DNA from: Eledone cirrhosa
Lineage: Eukaryota
Assembly (NCBI GenBank): GCA_964016885.1
Contig: OZ024740.1
Location: 384,338,001 to 384,402,000 of the forward strand
Length of the DNA stretch: 64,000 nt
Direction: 5' to 3'
Shown: positions 27,481 to 39,990 of the stretch, piece after piece
Layout of the letters: the number at the start of each line of letters is the position of its first letter
Position numbering within the stretch: the first letter of the stretch is position 1
Translations under genes and position numbers: made by a program
Notes under the pieces: generated by a model
The model's input: only the letters and a program-made list of their open reading frames with translations
What the model was told of the DNA's origin: nothing
Databases searched by the model: none

Positions 27481-27670
27481 TGGATTGGCAGTTTCGGTAG
27501 AGGGTCGGACGCCATGCTTTCCAGCATAGTTACGTCCCTTTATGATCTGAGTTCAAATCCCGCTGAGGTTAACTTTGCCTTTCATCCATACGGGGTCGAT
27601 AAAATAAAGTACCAGTAATGCACTGGGTTAATTGCTAGCCTTGTGCCTAAAGTAGAAACAATTATTATTA
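27481..27670 (+). mobile_element. tRNA-derived SINE with Nin/Deu-like core, lacking the first few nt, directly abutting the Tx1 tail
   Basis: A-box tggcagtttcgg, B-box gagttcaaatcc, core gcctttcatcc...ggggtcgataaa...agtaccag, (ATT)n tail. Confidence 0.88.
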
Positions 27671-28279
27671 TTTTTTTAATTATTATTATGTCATACACAG
27701 ATTCAGAACTATCGGTCATTGATACCTCACTTCCTGATAAAACATTCCCTTTTAATATAAGCAATCAAACCAGGAATTCTCCGGGGAATGAGATTTTTCA
27801 GAAGCCAACTCAGGCTAACAGCTAAATGAGAACGGGAGGGGCGCCATCACTAAGCACCTCAACTATATCAACGTATTCAATTCAACAAAAAAAAGAGACA
27901 CGAAACCCCAAGAAAAAAAATTACAAGAGCAACAACAAAATCAACAAAGCCCAACATACGCCTCTCGGATCGATTTACGGCTGTCTGACAAACAAATATA
28001 TGGAGGGGGAACCCAAAGACTATAACATTGAAAGGAAAAAGGTGGGTTTCAATAAACTCAAACCTCTGTCACACGGCGGATTTCAGTTGAGACAGACAAT
28101 AAGTAATACAGAAAGTTAAAGCAAAATTAACCGAGGACGTAAGGGCGTTCCGTCTAAATCACAACAAAATTACGCGAAAACGCAATTTTTATCCAAATAG
28201 ACAAGAGCAACCACTCTTTTCTTATTTTTCTTCCTGACTGATACAGTTCTAAAGGACTACTAGGCAGTGACCGGGGCAA

Positions 28280-28490
28280 AGCTCAATGCCCACTGCGTGT
28301 CGGGCTATATGATCGATGTAAGTTTCACTCTGGCAATTTATAAAGAACTAATAGCGGGAAAGAGAAATAACATTCTCGGTGAGGTCTCGGGACTCAAGAA
28401 AATTCAACAGGCCAGGCTGTTCCAGAAGACGTTTGGGCCCTTGAATTCTATTGATACATTTTAAAAATCTTTGGTCTGGTAGTGCTACCC
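28280..28490 (+). pseudogene. Old Tx1 ORF2 fragment
   Basis: TLAIYKELIAGKRNNILGE...LFQKTFGP..IDTF*KSLVW*CY aligns with TLAFYRGLVEGKSVDVLGE...LFARTFGRGPMDNFQKCLAW of copy 3. Confidence 0.7.
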
Positions 28491-30304
28491 ATGGTGGTAG
28501 TGGTGTTGGTGGTGATCGTCGTCGTCTTCGTTGTTGGCATCGTGGTGGTGTTGGTTGCAGCAGTGATGGTGATGGTGGTTGATGTGGTAGTGGTGGTGTC
28601 AGTGTGTGTGTAGGGGAGATGATAATCAAGTAGCTGTTGTTTGCATAATTTCCTCCTGTCCACTTTTGTATAGGCAAAGTTCTTGTTTTTTTTATTTCTC
28701 CCCTCTTGTTCGAAAGAGTTTAATGTTGTTCTCCATCGCCACAAAACAACATGGATACTGAAACTTTGTCATCATCGTCCTCATATACTCTTAGCTTCCA
28801 GAATGAGTTGACAACATGTATATTACCAGCAGTTAGAACAATTTTACTTTGAAAGCTTCCTAATCAGTATATATATGCATATATGTGTGTATGCGTTCGT
28901 GTACACACAGGCGTACACGAACGCATACACACTCACACACACTCGTATATGATAAATCTATATATGTATAAATACAGAGTAACCAAGAATGCATCAACGT
29001 GAATAAATATATACACATATTTAATATGTAAACATGAAAAAGGACATAAAAAGTTGACAGCGTCTCAAGAATATATATCCATTGGTCGACAATATCCGAA
29101 CTCATTCGCTTACCGAATGGTGTGGAGGTCATCAATTCAGACCAAGGAAATAACGTTTCCATTGATCTTTCCATCTACCGGTCGCAAATCCTAACAGAAA
29201 GAGAAACGTGAAATAAAATATCTTATCCGAGACACATAGGGAATAGAAGTCGCAGCCTCACGTTTGCGAATCCAATTACCTAACCATTAAGCCTCGCGTC
29301 TTTACATACATATGTGTGTGTGTGAGAGAGAGAGTTTGAAAGAGGGGCCTGGGTGGACTTGTATCTTCAATATAATGTACAATTATCTATTAGGGAGCGG
29401 TTTAAAAATATAATTCTGAATATCTCCCATATCATATTTAGTAGAGTGTCGACTAAAATGTGATTGCGGTAATTTTTCTGGCTCTTTATATTCGGAGTTC
29501 CCAATCTGCTGAGGTAAGATTTGACTTTCCATCTTTCGGGATTGAAAAAATAATTCGCCAATCGAGTACTGGAGCTGATTTAATTGACTTTGCCCATCAC
29601 GCAGATTTATAATTATTGTATACTACTACAAACATGTATGTCTATATAATTAGGTAGATGAAGTACTTATAGAAACGCATGATCCTATACAAACTATCAT
29701 TCTTTGTAAAGGCAGGCTAACATTTCTATCTTCTAATATTTCACTCGTTTTGTGGTTTTTCTAACCGTTAACCAATATAAATTAATGGTTTATTTCTACT
29801 CCCAAATTAACTTGTAAAACCTTGGTCAACTGGAAGATATTATAGAAGATATTTGCTCAATGTGTCGCCGTGCAGTGGAATGAAACATGGAACCACAAGT
29901 CTACGAGTGCATTTCTTAACAACACAACTCTTTTTATGTTTTATTTCACATTTTTTCTCTTTTATTTTTGTGAAGTCGGGCGATGATCAAAAGCTGAAGA
30001 AGAAAAAGTCTGAGAGAGGCAGTGTGAGAATGCGAGGGAGAGAGAGAGAGAGAGAAGTTGAGGGAGAGGAAAAAAAGGATAAACTTGAATAGAAAGGGGG
30101 ATGTATTGTGTTTTTGAAAGCGTAAATAGATGTATGTTGTTATTTTGTTTGTCTCATGTGTTAGTGTTAAGGGGTTGTAACGGTCCTCAGAGACTTATAG
30201 GTTTATATACGGCAAGAACATCTGCAAATCAACGCCGGCAAAAAAAACTTAGCTGGGAAAAAGGAATTTTAGTAACTACTACTACTACTACTAATACTAA
30301 TACT

Positions 30305-30412
30305 AATAATTGTTTCTACTTTGGGCACAAGGCCAGCAATAACCCAGTGCATTACTGGTACTTTATTTCATCGACCCCGTGAGGATGAAAGGCAAAGTTA
30401 ACCTCGGCGGGA
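30305..30412 (-). mobile_element. SINE 3' half
   Basis: Matches SINE core and tail. Confidence 0.8.
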
Positions 30413-31074
30413 ATAATACTACTAATACAGATGCTGCTGCTGCTTTAAGTATATGGAATAAGAGATGCGTAGATAAACCATGTTAGTGTCATCTTTTTTT
30501 TTTATTTTTAGTATATTGGAGACATAATAGGAATTTCTGTCAAATTCTCCAGCAAGGTATCTTCATGCAATATCGAATATAGATACTATATATGACTATT
30601 ATATTGAATTATATGAAATAAACGTATATCTCCTTGACACTTCTTTTTGACAAGATATTCCGTACATTAAATTTAATCTATTTAAATGTTGTGTGTGTGT
30701 GTGTCTGCCTGAGTGTGTAATATGAGTGTGTGAATCTTTGTATATATATATATATCTTTATATATATATATATATATATATGAGTATGTGTGTGGGTGTG
30801 TGTGTGTGTGTACGATTATATATACATATATATATGTGTGTGCACGTGAGTGTGTGTATAATTGTGTGTACATGTTGAGCAATACGTGTCTGGTTTGATA
30901 CACGTTAGTGAATGGGTGTCATGATAATTTTCCATCCACTATTGGTCTATACGAATGTAGATATAGCAGTAGGCGATTAATATATCGCCTAAACATCCTA
31001 GTATACACACACACTCACACACACACACACACACACAAACAGTGACACTAGGTGGCAGTGACAATGGTAATCTC

Positions 31075-31640
31075 AGTAATAATTGCTTGTTATTTAGGAA
31101 TTTGAGCGGAGGAATGGTCGAATATATTGATCCCAGTACTTAACTGGTACTGCCGTTTATTGATTTGGAAGAAATGAGAAGAGAAGCTCGGCGGGATTTG
31201 AACTCAGAAAATAAGGGCACATAAATAATTGCTACAAAGCATTTTATCCGACGTTCTAAAACTTTTGCCAATCCGCTGCCCTTAGATCTTTCAATAATAA
31301 TGATTTCTAGCATAGGCACATGGCTAGTAATATTCGGGGGAAGGGAAAGTAGATTACATCGACCTCAATGCGTTACTGGTGCTTTATTTTATCGACCCCG
31401 TAAGAATGGAAGCAACGCTAATCTCGGTGGTATTTGAAGCCAGAACATAAAGGGCCGTAACTATATTCCACGAAGCAGGGTGTCCGGCGCACTACCGATG
31501 CTACCAATCCACCGCGCTATAATGATAATAATAATAATTGTTTCTACTTTAGGCCAGCAATTACCCAGTGCATTACTGGTACTTTATTTTATCGACCCCG
31601 TAAGGATGAAAAGCAAAGTCAAATTCGGCGGGATTTGAAT
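31075..31640 (-). mobile_element. Three tandem SINE copies separated by AAT tails
   Basis: Repeated core and B-box reverse complements at about 31075-31262, 31295-31518 and 31535-31640. Confidence 0.75.
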
Positions 31641-31944
31641 AATAATAATAACAACAAGAATTATATATATATATATGTACAATCTTTCAGCATGAGACGT
31701 TTGAGAAAGTTGCCCTGACTCAAAATCTGTGTCATAATGGCACCAGGAACTTCGAATCCGGTTGTATCCTTCAGCTACAAAAAGCATGAGGGAGGACGAA
31801 ACAATTATTAAACATATCCACAACATTGTCCAGTAATCCTCGCCCTTGCATGATTAAGTGTCATACCGACATAAACATCCACACTGAATAAACTGAATTG
31901 GTTGTTTAGATCCTCGTACATCGAAATCGACAGGAGATTCTGTC

Positions 31945-31984
<40 letters not shown>

Positions 31985-32570
31985 TGGTAAACGGAATAGA
32001 AAATGCTGACAAATTGTTCACAGTTGAAAAATGGTTTAATTAAGAATAAAAGAGTATTAGTAATTGTATGGGTTAGTATTCAGTTGTGGTTTTAAGTTTT
32101 TAAGTTTTTACCGGTTGCGCATTTCTAAATGCTTTTCAAAAATAATTTTGAGATAGAGTGTCCGTGTTGTTTGCTCTGATCTGATTAGTTTTGGGAATTC
32201 TACCTGTTTTTATGTTAACAAAGTGGCTCCAGCGCTACTTAGGTGTTGCAAAAATTCTTGTGGTCAAAACAATTTTGATTGGTCGGTAGAGGTCATGTGA
32301 ATGTAAAAAATTGATTTTGCGCCAAGACTGTTTTTATGTTAAAAAAGTGGCTCCAGCGCTACTTGCTGTTTGCAAAAGTTCTTGTGGTCAAAACAACTTT
32401 GATTGGTCGGTAGAGGTCATGTGAATAAAAAAATTGATTTTGCGCCACGACTGAGAAATGACTCTTTCACAACAAATATGTGTGTGTGTGTAGTAGTAGT
32501 GTAGTAGTAGTAAGGTGTTCGATGTTGTGATAATGGTTAGCAGGGATGTGTGTCAAATGGTTATAAAGAT

Positions 32571-32605
<35 letters not shown>

Positions 32606-32940
32606 GCAGAGTAATTCGTGGTAGCAGGGATGGTCAGTAGAAATGTGTCTGTAAGCAGTGGGGGGTATTTTAGCATGTCAAAAGATATTTTTCAGCTTTT
32701 GTCTTATACAGAGAAGTGTGTGTGTGTGTGTATAATTATCTTTGTATGTTAATGTACGCGTCTGTATGTGTGTGTGTGTGTGTATATATGTGTGTGTGAG
32801 AATGTGTGTGTGTGTGTGGGTGGGTGGACCAGTATTTTTTCCCCCTGGTAAAATGGTGTACATTATTCGATTTTTTCAGTAAAATCGGTTCTCTCAATAG
32901 AACATCAAACATCTTAACAATAAAAGATGTGAAATGATAT

Positions 32941-33030
<90 letters not shown>

Positions 33031-34857
33031 TTCACTACATACATATACATACATATACATACATACATATATATACACATATATTTGTTTGTGTTGCACC
33101 ATAGAGCATGTGTGTTTACGTATGTCATTGTGTTTATATGTGGGTAGAGATGTGTGCTGATGTAGGTATGTATGTTGACGTGTGTATTTTGTGGGTTCGT
33201 CTTAGGGAGAAGTGTTTAGACGGGGTCCGTATTTGTTAATGAAGTAAGATTCCTTGCTGATGCGCTGGGTGTGGGTGGCATTATCTTTAAATTTGTAGAG
33301 GGGAAAGATTCTGAAGTTGGGATGATTTTGGGCGGCACAGGTATGAATGTGTTCACTCAGTGGTATTTTCCTGTATTCCCGTATTTTAATTTGGGATCTA
33401 TGGACAGTCATGCGTTGGCGGAGGCTGTTTTTGGTCTGGCCTATGTATTGTTCTCGACAACCTGAGCAAGTTAATACATATATTAGATTTTCCGATGCAC
33501 ATGTGAAATTGTGTTTTACTATAAAACGTTGTCCTTCTTTGAAATAGAATTGCGAACCCTCTATTAGGTTGATGCAAATGCCACAGTTGGGCCTATCGCA
33601 TTTTTTTACTGTAGGTTTCGTTGTTGTGGTTGGCAGTACTTTGGCATGTGTTAGGATGTTTTTCATTGACTTGGATTGTCTTTTGCTCTTTATGATATCG
33701 TGTGTTCGTAGAATTTGGTTCATTCTATGGTCCTTTTTCAACACAGGGATGTTCTGGAGGATGGTGTCAAAGGCCTCATTGTTGAGGGGGTTGTGTGTGG
33801 AGATGTATGGAAGAGCTTTTAGTTTCAGTTGATTTACTTCTAGGGTGTCTAAGGTCCTGGGTACTGAGTTTTAGGGCACGTTGGATTTCATTGTCAATTA
33901 GTTATGCAATGTAGTCCCTGCCTATGAGTGTGTCCTTTAGTTCTTGTAGCCGTAAGTACAGGTGTTTTTATTGGAGACTATAGTACAGATTCTTTGGCTA
34001 AGTTGTAGGGAATATTAATTTTAACGCGTCTAGGGTGGCAAGAGTTGAAAGGGAGATATTGCTTGGAGTCTGTGGGCATGTAGTATATGTCTGTTTCTAT
34101 TTTTTTGTTATGGATCTTAATGAGGATGTCGAGGAAGGGGAGTTGTTGATGGTTGTATTCCATCGTGAAGTTAATATTCGTGTTGAGCCCATTTATAAGG
34201 GTGTGAAATTCTTTAAGTTTTTCGATGTTTTCGTGCCAAAGGATGAAGCAGTCATCTAGATATCGCTTCCAGTTCCTTTCAATGTGTAAGTGGAGGGTGT
34301 TTCCAAATTTGTTTAGGACTTTAGTGTAGAGGGTGATTTCCAGGTATCCCATGACTAGGTTGGCATAAGTGGGGGCTGTTTTCGTTCCCATAGCGGTCCC
34401 AGATTTCTGCCTGTAGGGTTTGTTATTGAAAACGAAGTAATTGTTCTCCAAGATAAATTTGAGTCCCTCTATCACGAATTCTTTTTTGATGCGTTGTGGG
34501 AGTTCATTGTGGAAATTATCCAGCCAGAATTGGATAGCTTCTATTCCTAGGTTGTGGGGGATGTTGGAGTATAGGTTGACTACATCGAACGTCACTAGTA
34601 GGGTTTGTTCAGAAAGTGGCATATTAGGGAGGTGATTGAGCATATCTAGGTCGTCCCTTATATAGCTTTTGATGTGTTTGAGAAAGGGTTTGAGAAGGGT
34701 ATCAATGAAGTTGCTAAGGCGGAGGGTTTCGCAAGCGGGGCCTGCTATTATAGGACTTAATTTGAGATCATTGGGTGAGGGGACATTGATGACTATGTCT
34801 GTGGCTTCCTTGCATGCCTTACTTATTAATTCGCTTTTATGTACTTTAGGGATACCG

Positions 34858-34858
<1 letters not shown>
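31985..34858 (-). mobile_element. Penelope-like element (probably Neptune group), 5'-truncated, with downstream pseudo-LTR
   Basis: RT FDVVNLYSNI, GTAMGT, RYLDD (33978-34643); CDRPNCGIC linker; GIY-YIG NLIYVLTCSGCREQYIGQT (33202-33744); bounded by (TA)n. Confidence 0.9.
32206..32453. repeat. Direct tandem duplication, two units of about 123 bp
   Basis: tttttatgttaa..agtggctccagcgctactt...gattttgcgcca.gactg occurs twice. Confidence 0.9.
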
Positions 34859-34939
<81 letters not shown>

Positions 34940-34980
34940 CGAAACATAAGTCAATTGCATGAACTCATAATCCTTTATTT

Positions 34981-35036
34981 ACTGCTATATATATTTCGAT
35001 GATAGCCATTGAATGGCTATGACATCATCAGGCAGT
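34981..35036 (-). ncRNA. Minimal type-I hammerhead ribozyme (PLE type)
   Basis: actgc CTGATGA tg..atagccatt-c-aatggctat..c GAAA tatat ATA gcagt; stems I and II pair. Confidence 0.75.
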
Positions 35037-35537
35037 TAGTCAGTTCTTAGATATGCCAGCTCTGTGTTTATAGTGTTGATGGTATCAGAGCCTTGGGACA
35101 TATGAGCTTGTTAGGGTTAATTTAATGTTGTCAGCGGGAATAGTCTTAATTCTCATTGGTCAGTCTGTAGATTCTAGTAGGGTTGGTATTTGACCTCAAA
35201 GGCGCAGGCGGTGTTGTAAAGTTCAAACCGCCAGGCAAGATGACAATAGTTCCATATGACTGATTTTCACAAAAAACATTCCTTGTCAGATATATATTCA
35301 ATTAAGGTTAATAGTATGAAATAGATACTACAGGTCATTCTTAAATTGAGGAATTTATGTGGACTGGTGCTACTGAGAATTATGTTTAGAGTAGAAAATT
35401 TACAAATAAAAAGACTTATGTAGGTTGGCTTGCATGCACACTCACACCCACCTCCACAGACACACACACACATCCACACACACACATATATACATATATT
35501 TATCTCTCTCTATATATATATATGAACATATATACAT

Positions 35538-35819
35538 ATATTAATTCAAAATATTAATAAATATAGACATTCAACGTAATCAAAATATATTTTATTATAT
35601 ATATTTCGGAGGTACTGTGCTGTTTTTTCAGTACGTCCTCATCAGATAAAATATATAAATTGATGTATGACATACCTCAACTGTGCTGATGGTTCAATTT
35701 ATATATTTTATCTGATGAGGATGTACTGAAAAAACAGCACAGTACCTCCGAAATATATATAATAAAATATATTTTGATTACGTTGAATGTCTATATTTAT
35801 TAATATTTTGAATTAATAT
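35538..35819. repeat. Inverted repeat with arms of about 126 bp, each arm holding a hammerhead motif
   Basis: 35538-35663 is a near-perfect reverse complement of 35694-35819. Confidence 0.92.
35707..35766 (+). ncRNA. Minimal hammerhead ribozyme (mirror copy at 35591-35650, minus strand)
   Basis: tttat CTGATGA ggatgtactg...cagtacctcc GAAA tatat ATA ataaa. Confidence 0.8.
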
Positions 35820-35967
35820 TAATAACTCAAGAAAACATTTTACAGTTGAGTGCTTCTAATCTATTGTAAAACTATATTCGTTGATTAATCAAAGAACCTT
35901 GTTTAATTTTTGGTCATATATATATATATATATATATATGTGTGGGGGGGGGGGGTGTTAGTGTGCA

Positions 35968-36115
35968 AGCTCATGGTTTAGTGATTAGAGACCTGGGTCC
36001 ACAATGTTGAATGCTTGAATTCGATTCCCGGTCCAGATAATGCGTTGTGTCCTTGAACGGGATACTATAATTGACGTAGATCCAGCTCCGTCAGTTGTAT
36101 AAATGAGTTCCTGAA
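35968..36115 (+). mobile_element. Decayed tRNA-derived SINE of a second family
   Basis: tggtttagtg A-box, aattcgattccc B-box, gcgttgtgtccttga core-like segment. Confidence 0.5.
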
Positions 36116-36468
36116 TCAGTTGTGTCTAGCTGTGTGAGAAGATTGTATATCGAATAATATACGATGTATTTAGGAATAAACATTTCAAAGCCTTTTGCTA
36201 TGAATTTTAATAGTGTTGACGAGTGCAACGCTCCTAGTTCCAGCGGAAGCAAGAGGGGAAACATCTGATAGCTGTTTATGGCTGTGTAATTGTTGTCAAG
36301 GACACGCATCCATTTTCCTGCCTCATACAGGAACTCCAATAAGCTGCAAACATAGTTTTAACGCTTATGTATACGGGCCGATTAGCCTCCACTGCATACG
36401 GAGGACTAGGCTGGCTCAGCCTGAACAAGAAATAGATTTACGTTGTTTGCTTCAACCTAGCTGTATAC

Positions 36469-37811
36469 TAGGGTGGTCCTTATTTTTTAACTTTCTAAAA
36501 CTTTAGCTCCCACGCCCCTATCTTGTTTCAATGAGCAAAACTCCAAAGCGGAGGATTGCAAAGCGACCCTCATCGACCGTAAAATTTTGAAGTTTTCGCC
36601 CGGAAAGTCATTTTTTCAGATAAACATTTTTTATCTCTTATATAGTTTTCACTTAAATTAAAAACTTGTTCAGGCATATTCTTGGTATTACAAGGATAAG
36701 TGACAATAAATATAATGGGGAAGGCAACTTGCAAAGCTGGGGACAGAGTGCAGGTATAGGCCAAACACCTATTTTTCGCAGTGGGAGCAGCAAATTTTAA
36801 CTTTCAGGAAATTACCTATTGCTAAGGGCCACCCTAATATGCATATATCCGTATGTTGTTGACAGCTGAGAGAAATGAGTTCTCGGTATTGCGTAATATA
36901 TATGTACATATATATACATATATATATAATATGTATATATATACACTCCTTACTATCCTTGCTTTCATATTTCTCCTCGCTCCCCTTTTCTCATTGTATT
37001 TGTATATAAACAAGTTCATATATACAGGGAGGAAGGGAGGACAAGGAGAGGAAGGAGAAAGGGAGAGCAAGGAGAGCTAGGTGAACAATAAGAAAAGGAG
37101 TGCAAGGATAAAAGAAGGGGAATATGAGCAATGAGAAAAGGAGAGCAAGGTGAGAGAGAATAAAAGAAAATCAAGGGGAACAATGAGAAAAGGAGTGCAA
37201 GGAGAGGAAGGAGAGCAATGAGAGTAAGGAGAAAAAAGGGGAGTGGTGTAGGGAGGAAGGGGAGAAAAGTGGAAGAGGAGGTAGCGGAGGAAGGTGCAGA
37301 AAGAGGTGTCGAACTCATTCAGGATTACAATAACATTCTCACAAAAGATAAACTAAGAAACAATTTGTAAAAGATACCCAACTGCCACTAAATCCTCTCT
37401 TATGCAAAAATAATGGCCAATAATCAGTGTTCAGTGTTCACATTATGTTTTTAATTCTATTGTTGTAAATAAAAATGCGTTTCTCTGATAGAAGCTGTGT
37501 GCTTATTAAGAAAAGCTAATATTTCTTAAGTCTTTCATGTTATTTCAGGAAATTTTGAAATTAAATTTGATTCAGAACTTTTTTAATCATTTGCTGGGGT
37601 TGCCTGGATGTGTCCACATAAATTCCTCTAAGAAGAAAAAAGAATTAATCGTATGTTCCAACTTCAAGGCGCTTGAGGGTCGCCTAACAATTTTCCGATT
37701 CAGCTGATATTTTGCACACCCCGTTTCCTTTGGTGATGGAAACAGGATTAGTGCGTGGGAGCAGCAAGGTTTTAACTTTCGGAAAGTTATCTATTGCTAA
37801 GGGCCACCCTA
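36469..37811. mobile_element. hATm-like MITE(s): one left TIR and two right TIRs
   Basis: TAGGGTGGTCCTTA at 36469; TAAGGGCCACCCTA ending at 36836 and 37811; outer 8-bp flanks ctgtatac and cagtatgc. Confidence 0.65.
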
Positions 37812-38877
37812 CAGTATGCATACATGTAGTAATTTATTTTCTAAGCAGTATGCATACATGTAGTAATTTATTTTCTAAGCACCTCCTGCCTGCATCATGT
37901 TGCGTTATTGACTCTCTTAAATACATTTATGGAGATGAGGTTAGTCATGAAGTGATAGAGTCTATTTGTTTCTGTTGGATTGTAATGTGTGTGTGTAAAA
38001 GATTATGCGTTTGAAAATTGGATGATTTGAGTGCATATGTCTGTGTATGAAGGTGTGTGTGCGTATGTGTAATATGGGTAATTTCAAATTAAGAAGTATG
38101 TGTATATAGTGGGGCGAGTGAATATTTGTAAAAAAGAAATATATTCTATGTATATAGAAATAACTTATTGTTTTTTAATCTACCAGCATCTCAGACACAC
38201 ATTTACATATATTTTGTATATATACAGATAGAACTATCATATATATCGGCCGCTTAGCACACAACTTAATATATATTTTAATCACCTACCAAAGTACCAT
38301 CATGCAAACTAATGAAATGCAAGTTAGCAGGTCCATTTCAAGATACTACTATAAATGATAGGGTTTATAAACCCCTGGGTTATGTATTTCCTTGTAGTTG
38401 TTTAGATGCTATACAAGCCTGTTGATGAAAGCCCAACTAGGCTTGAAAGCTAAGTAAATTTGTTTTCTTCTATTATTTTAGTTTATAGGAAAATAAATAT
38501 AATTGGCATGTTTACATTTCTATATAATAAAATACTGCAAATCTATTTACATATTTACGCAATCTCATTTACTTCTATTCTATATATACACAGATATAAC
38601 TTTATGATATGTGTGTGTGAGTGTTCCTGCATTTTTGTTCGAAAACACATGGGTTATAGAGATATATTAATGTTTTCAATACTTAAAAAAAAATAAAATG
38701 TGACGTGTTATATTCTTTTTTAGAGTAATTGTTTTACAGAAGTAATCAACTATAGAGGCAATTGGAATTGTGCGAAACCAGTTTCCAACAAATACGAAAC
38801 TAAAATAATTCTGTAAATCCAGTAACGGAATAAAGAACACACGCACGCACGCAAACACACATGCATATAAATGTATA

Positions 38878-39175
38878 CAGTTGTCCTATGGTATTCGTGG
38901 GGCTTACATTCCTAGAGCACCCGCGAAGAGTGAAAAACCGCGAATTTTTGACGTGGTCCATAGAAATGCCTATAAACGTCAAAATATAACGTAAAATATA
39001 GAGCGGCGAAAACGGTATATTGTTATTAATACTTTAGCATTAAAAGCATGAAAAAATATAAATTGCCACGAAAAAAGCCATTAAAATATCGCGAATGTGC
39101 AGTGGCCTCCACAAATAATTATTATAACAATTATTAAGTTCTAAGGAAAATTCCGCGAATGGAGGGTGTATACTG
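38878..39175. mobile_element. Tigger/pogo-like MITE
   Basis: TA|CAG...CTG|TA ends; imperfect TIRs with attcg(t/c)gg / ccgcgaat. Confidence 0.65.
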
Positions 39176-39200
39176 TATATATATATATATACATATATAT

Positions 39201-39232
<32 letters not shown>

Positions 39233-39464
39233 AATGTATACATATATATACATATGTGATATTTGTGTGTCTATATAAATAGATATGTTGATATTGGTTA
39301 TAAGAAACCGTGTGAGCTCCATTGTAAATATTTCCCGAATTTCTTCTGTCCTTGTGTTCTTGTTATCATTGACTATTTATTGCTGTCTTTCTTCTCCTAT
39401 TTCCCACTTTCTTTGGTCTAAGACATTTATTTTTCTCTCATCGTATTACACATTCTTCCTCTCT

Positions 39465-39510
<46 letters not shown>

Positions 39511-39689
39511 CAATTACTTTCTGTTATATGAGCAATGTGCACATTTAACAGATTTATCACGCACACACAATGTTTTATTCATAATACAATCTAAGAGAGA
39601 GCTGCTTACCAGGATGTTAATGCAGCGGTGGCCATCATAACAACCAAGACAACGAGTATATCGATAACGTCAATGACAACTACTTTGAC

Positions 39690-39990
39690 GAATATCAGCC
39701 GAATACTGATGATGGTGATGATGATGTGATGATGATAATGACGATGATGACGATGGTGATGATATAGATAGCGATGGCGTGCATGGTGACAATGATAATG
39801 TTTCTAGCAATGATAAGGGCGATGATGACGTTGATGTTGACGATGTGACAATGGGGATGATGATGATTATTATGTTGGTGACAACGATGAATCAAATTAT
39901 AATGTCTAAGACGATGGTTACGGCTGTGTCCTTAAACATAGAAAGAATGACGGTAACTATAGTGTTGATGATGACAACTGAGATGTCAGT
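39690..39990. repeat. Degenerate (GAT)n low-complexity tract
   Basis: GAT/GAC/AAT triplet runs. Confidence 0.8.

Noticed and set aside
39610-39705. Exon-like segment with a gtaagc donor on the minus strand
   Set aside because: Lies in a degenerate (GAT)n tract with a poor acceptor; the peptide is low complexity
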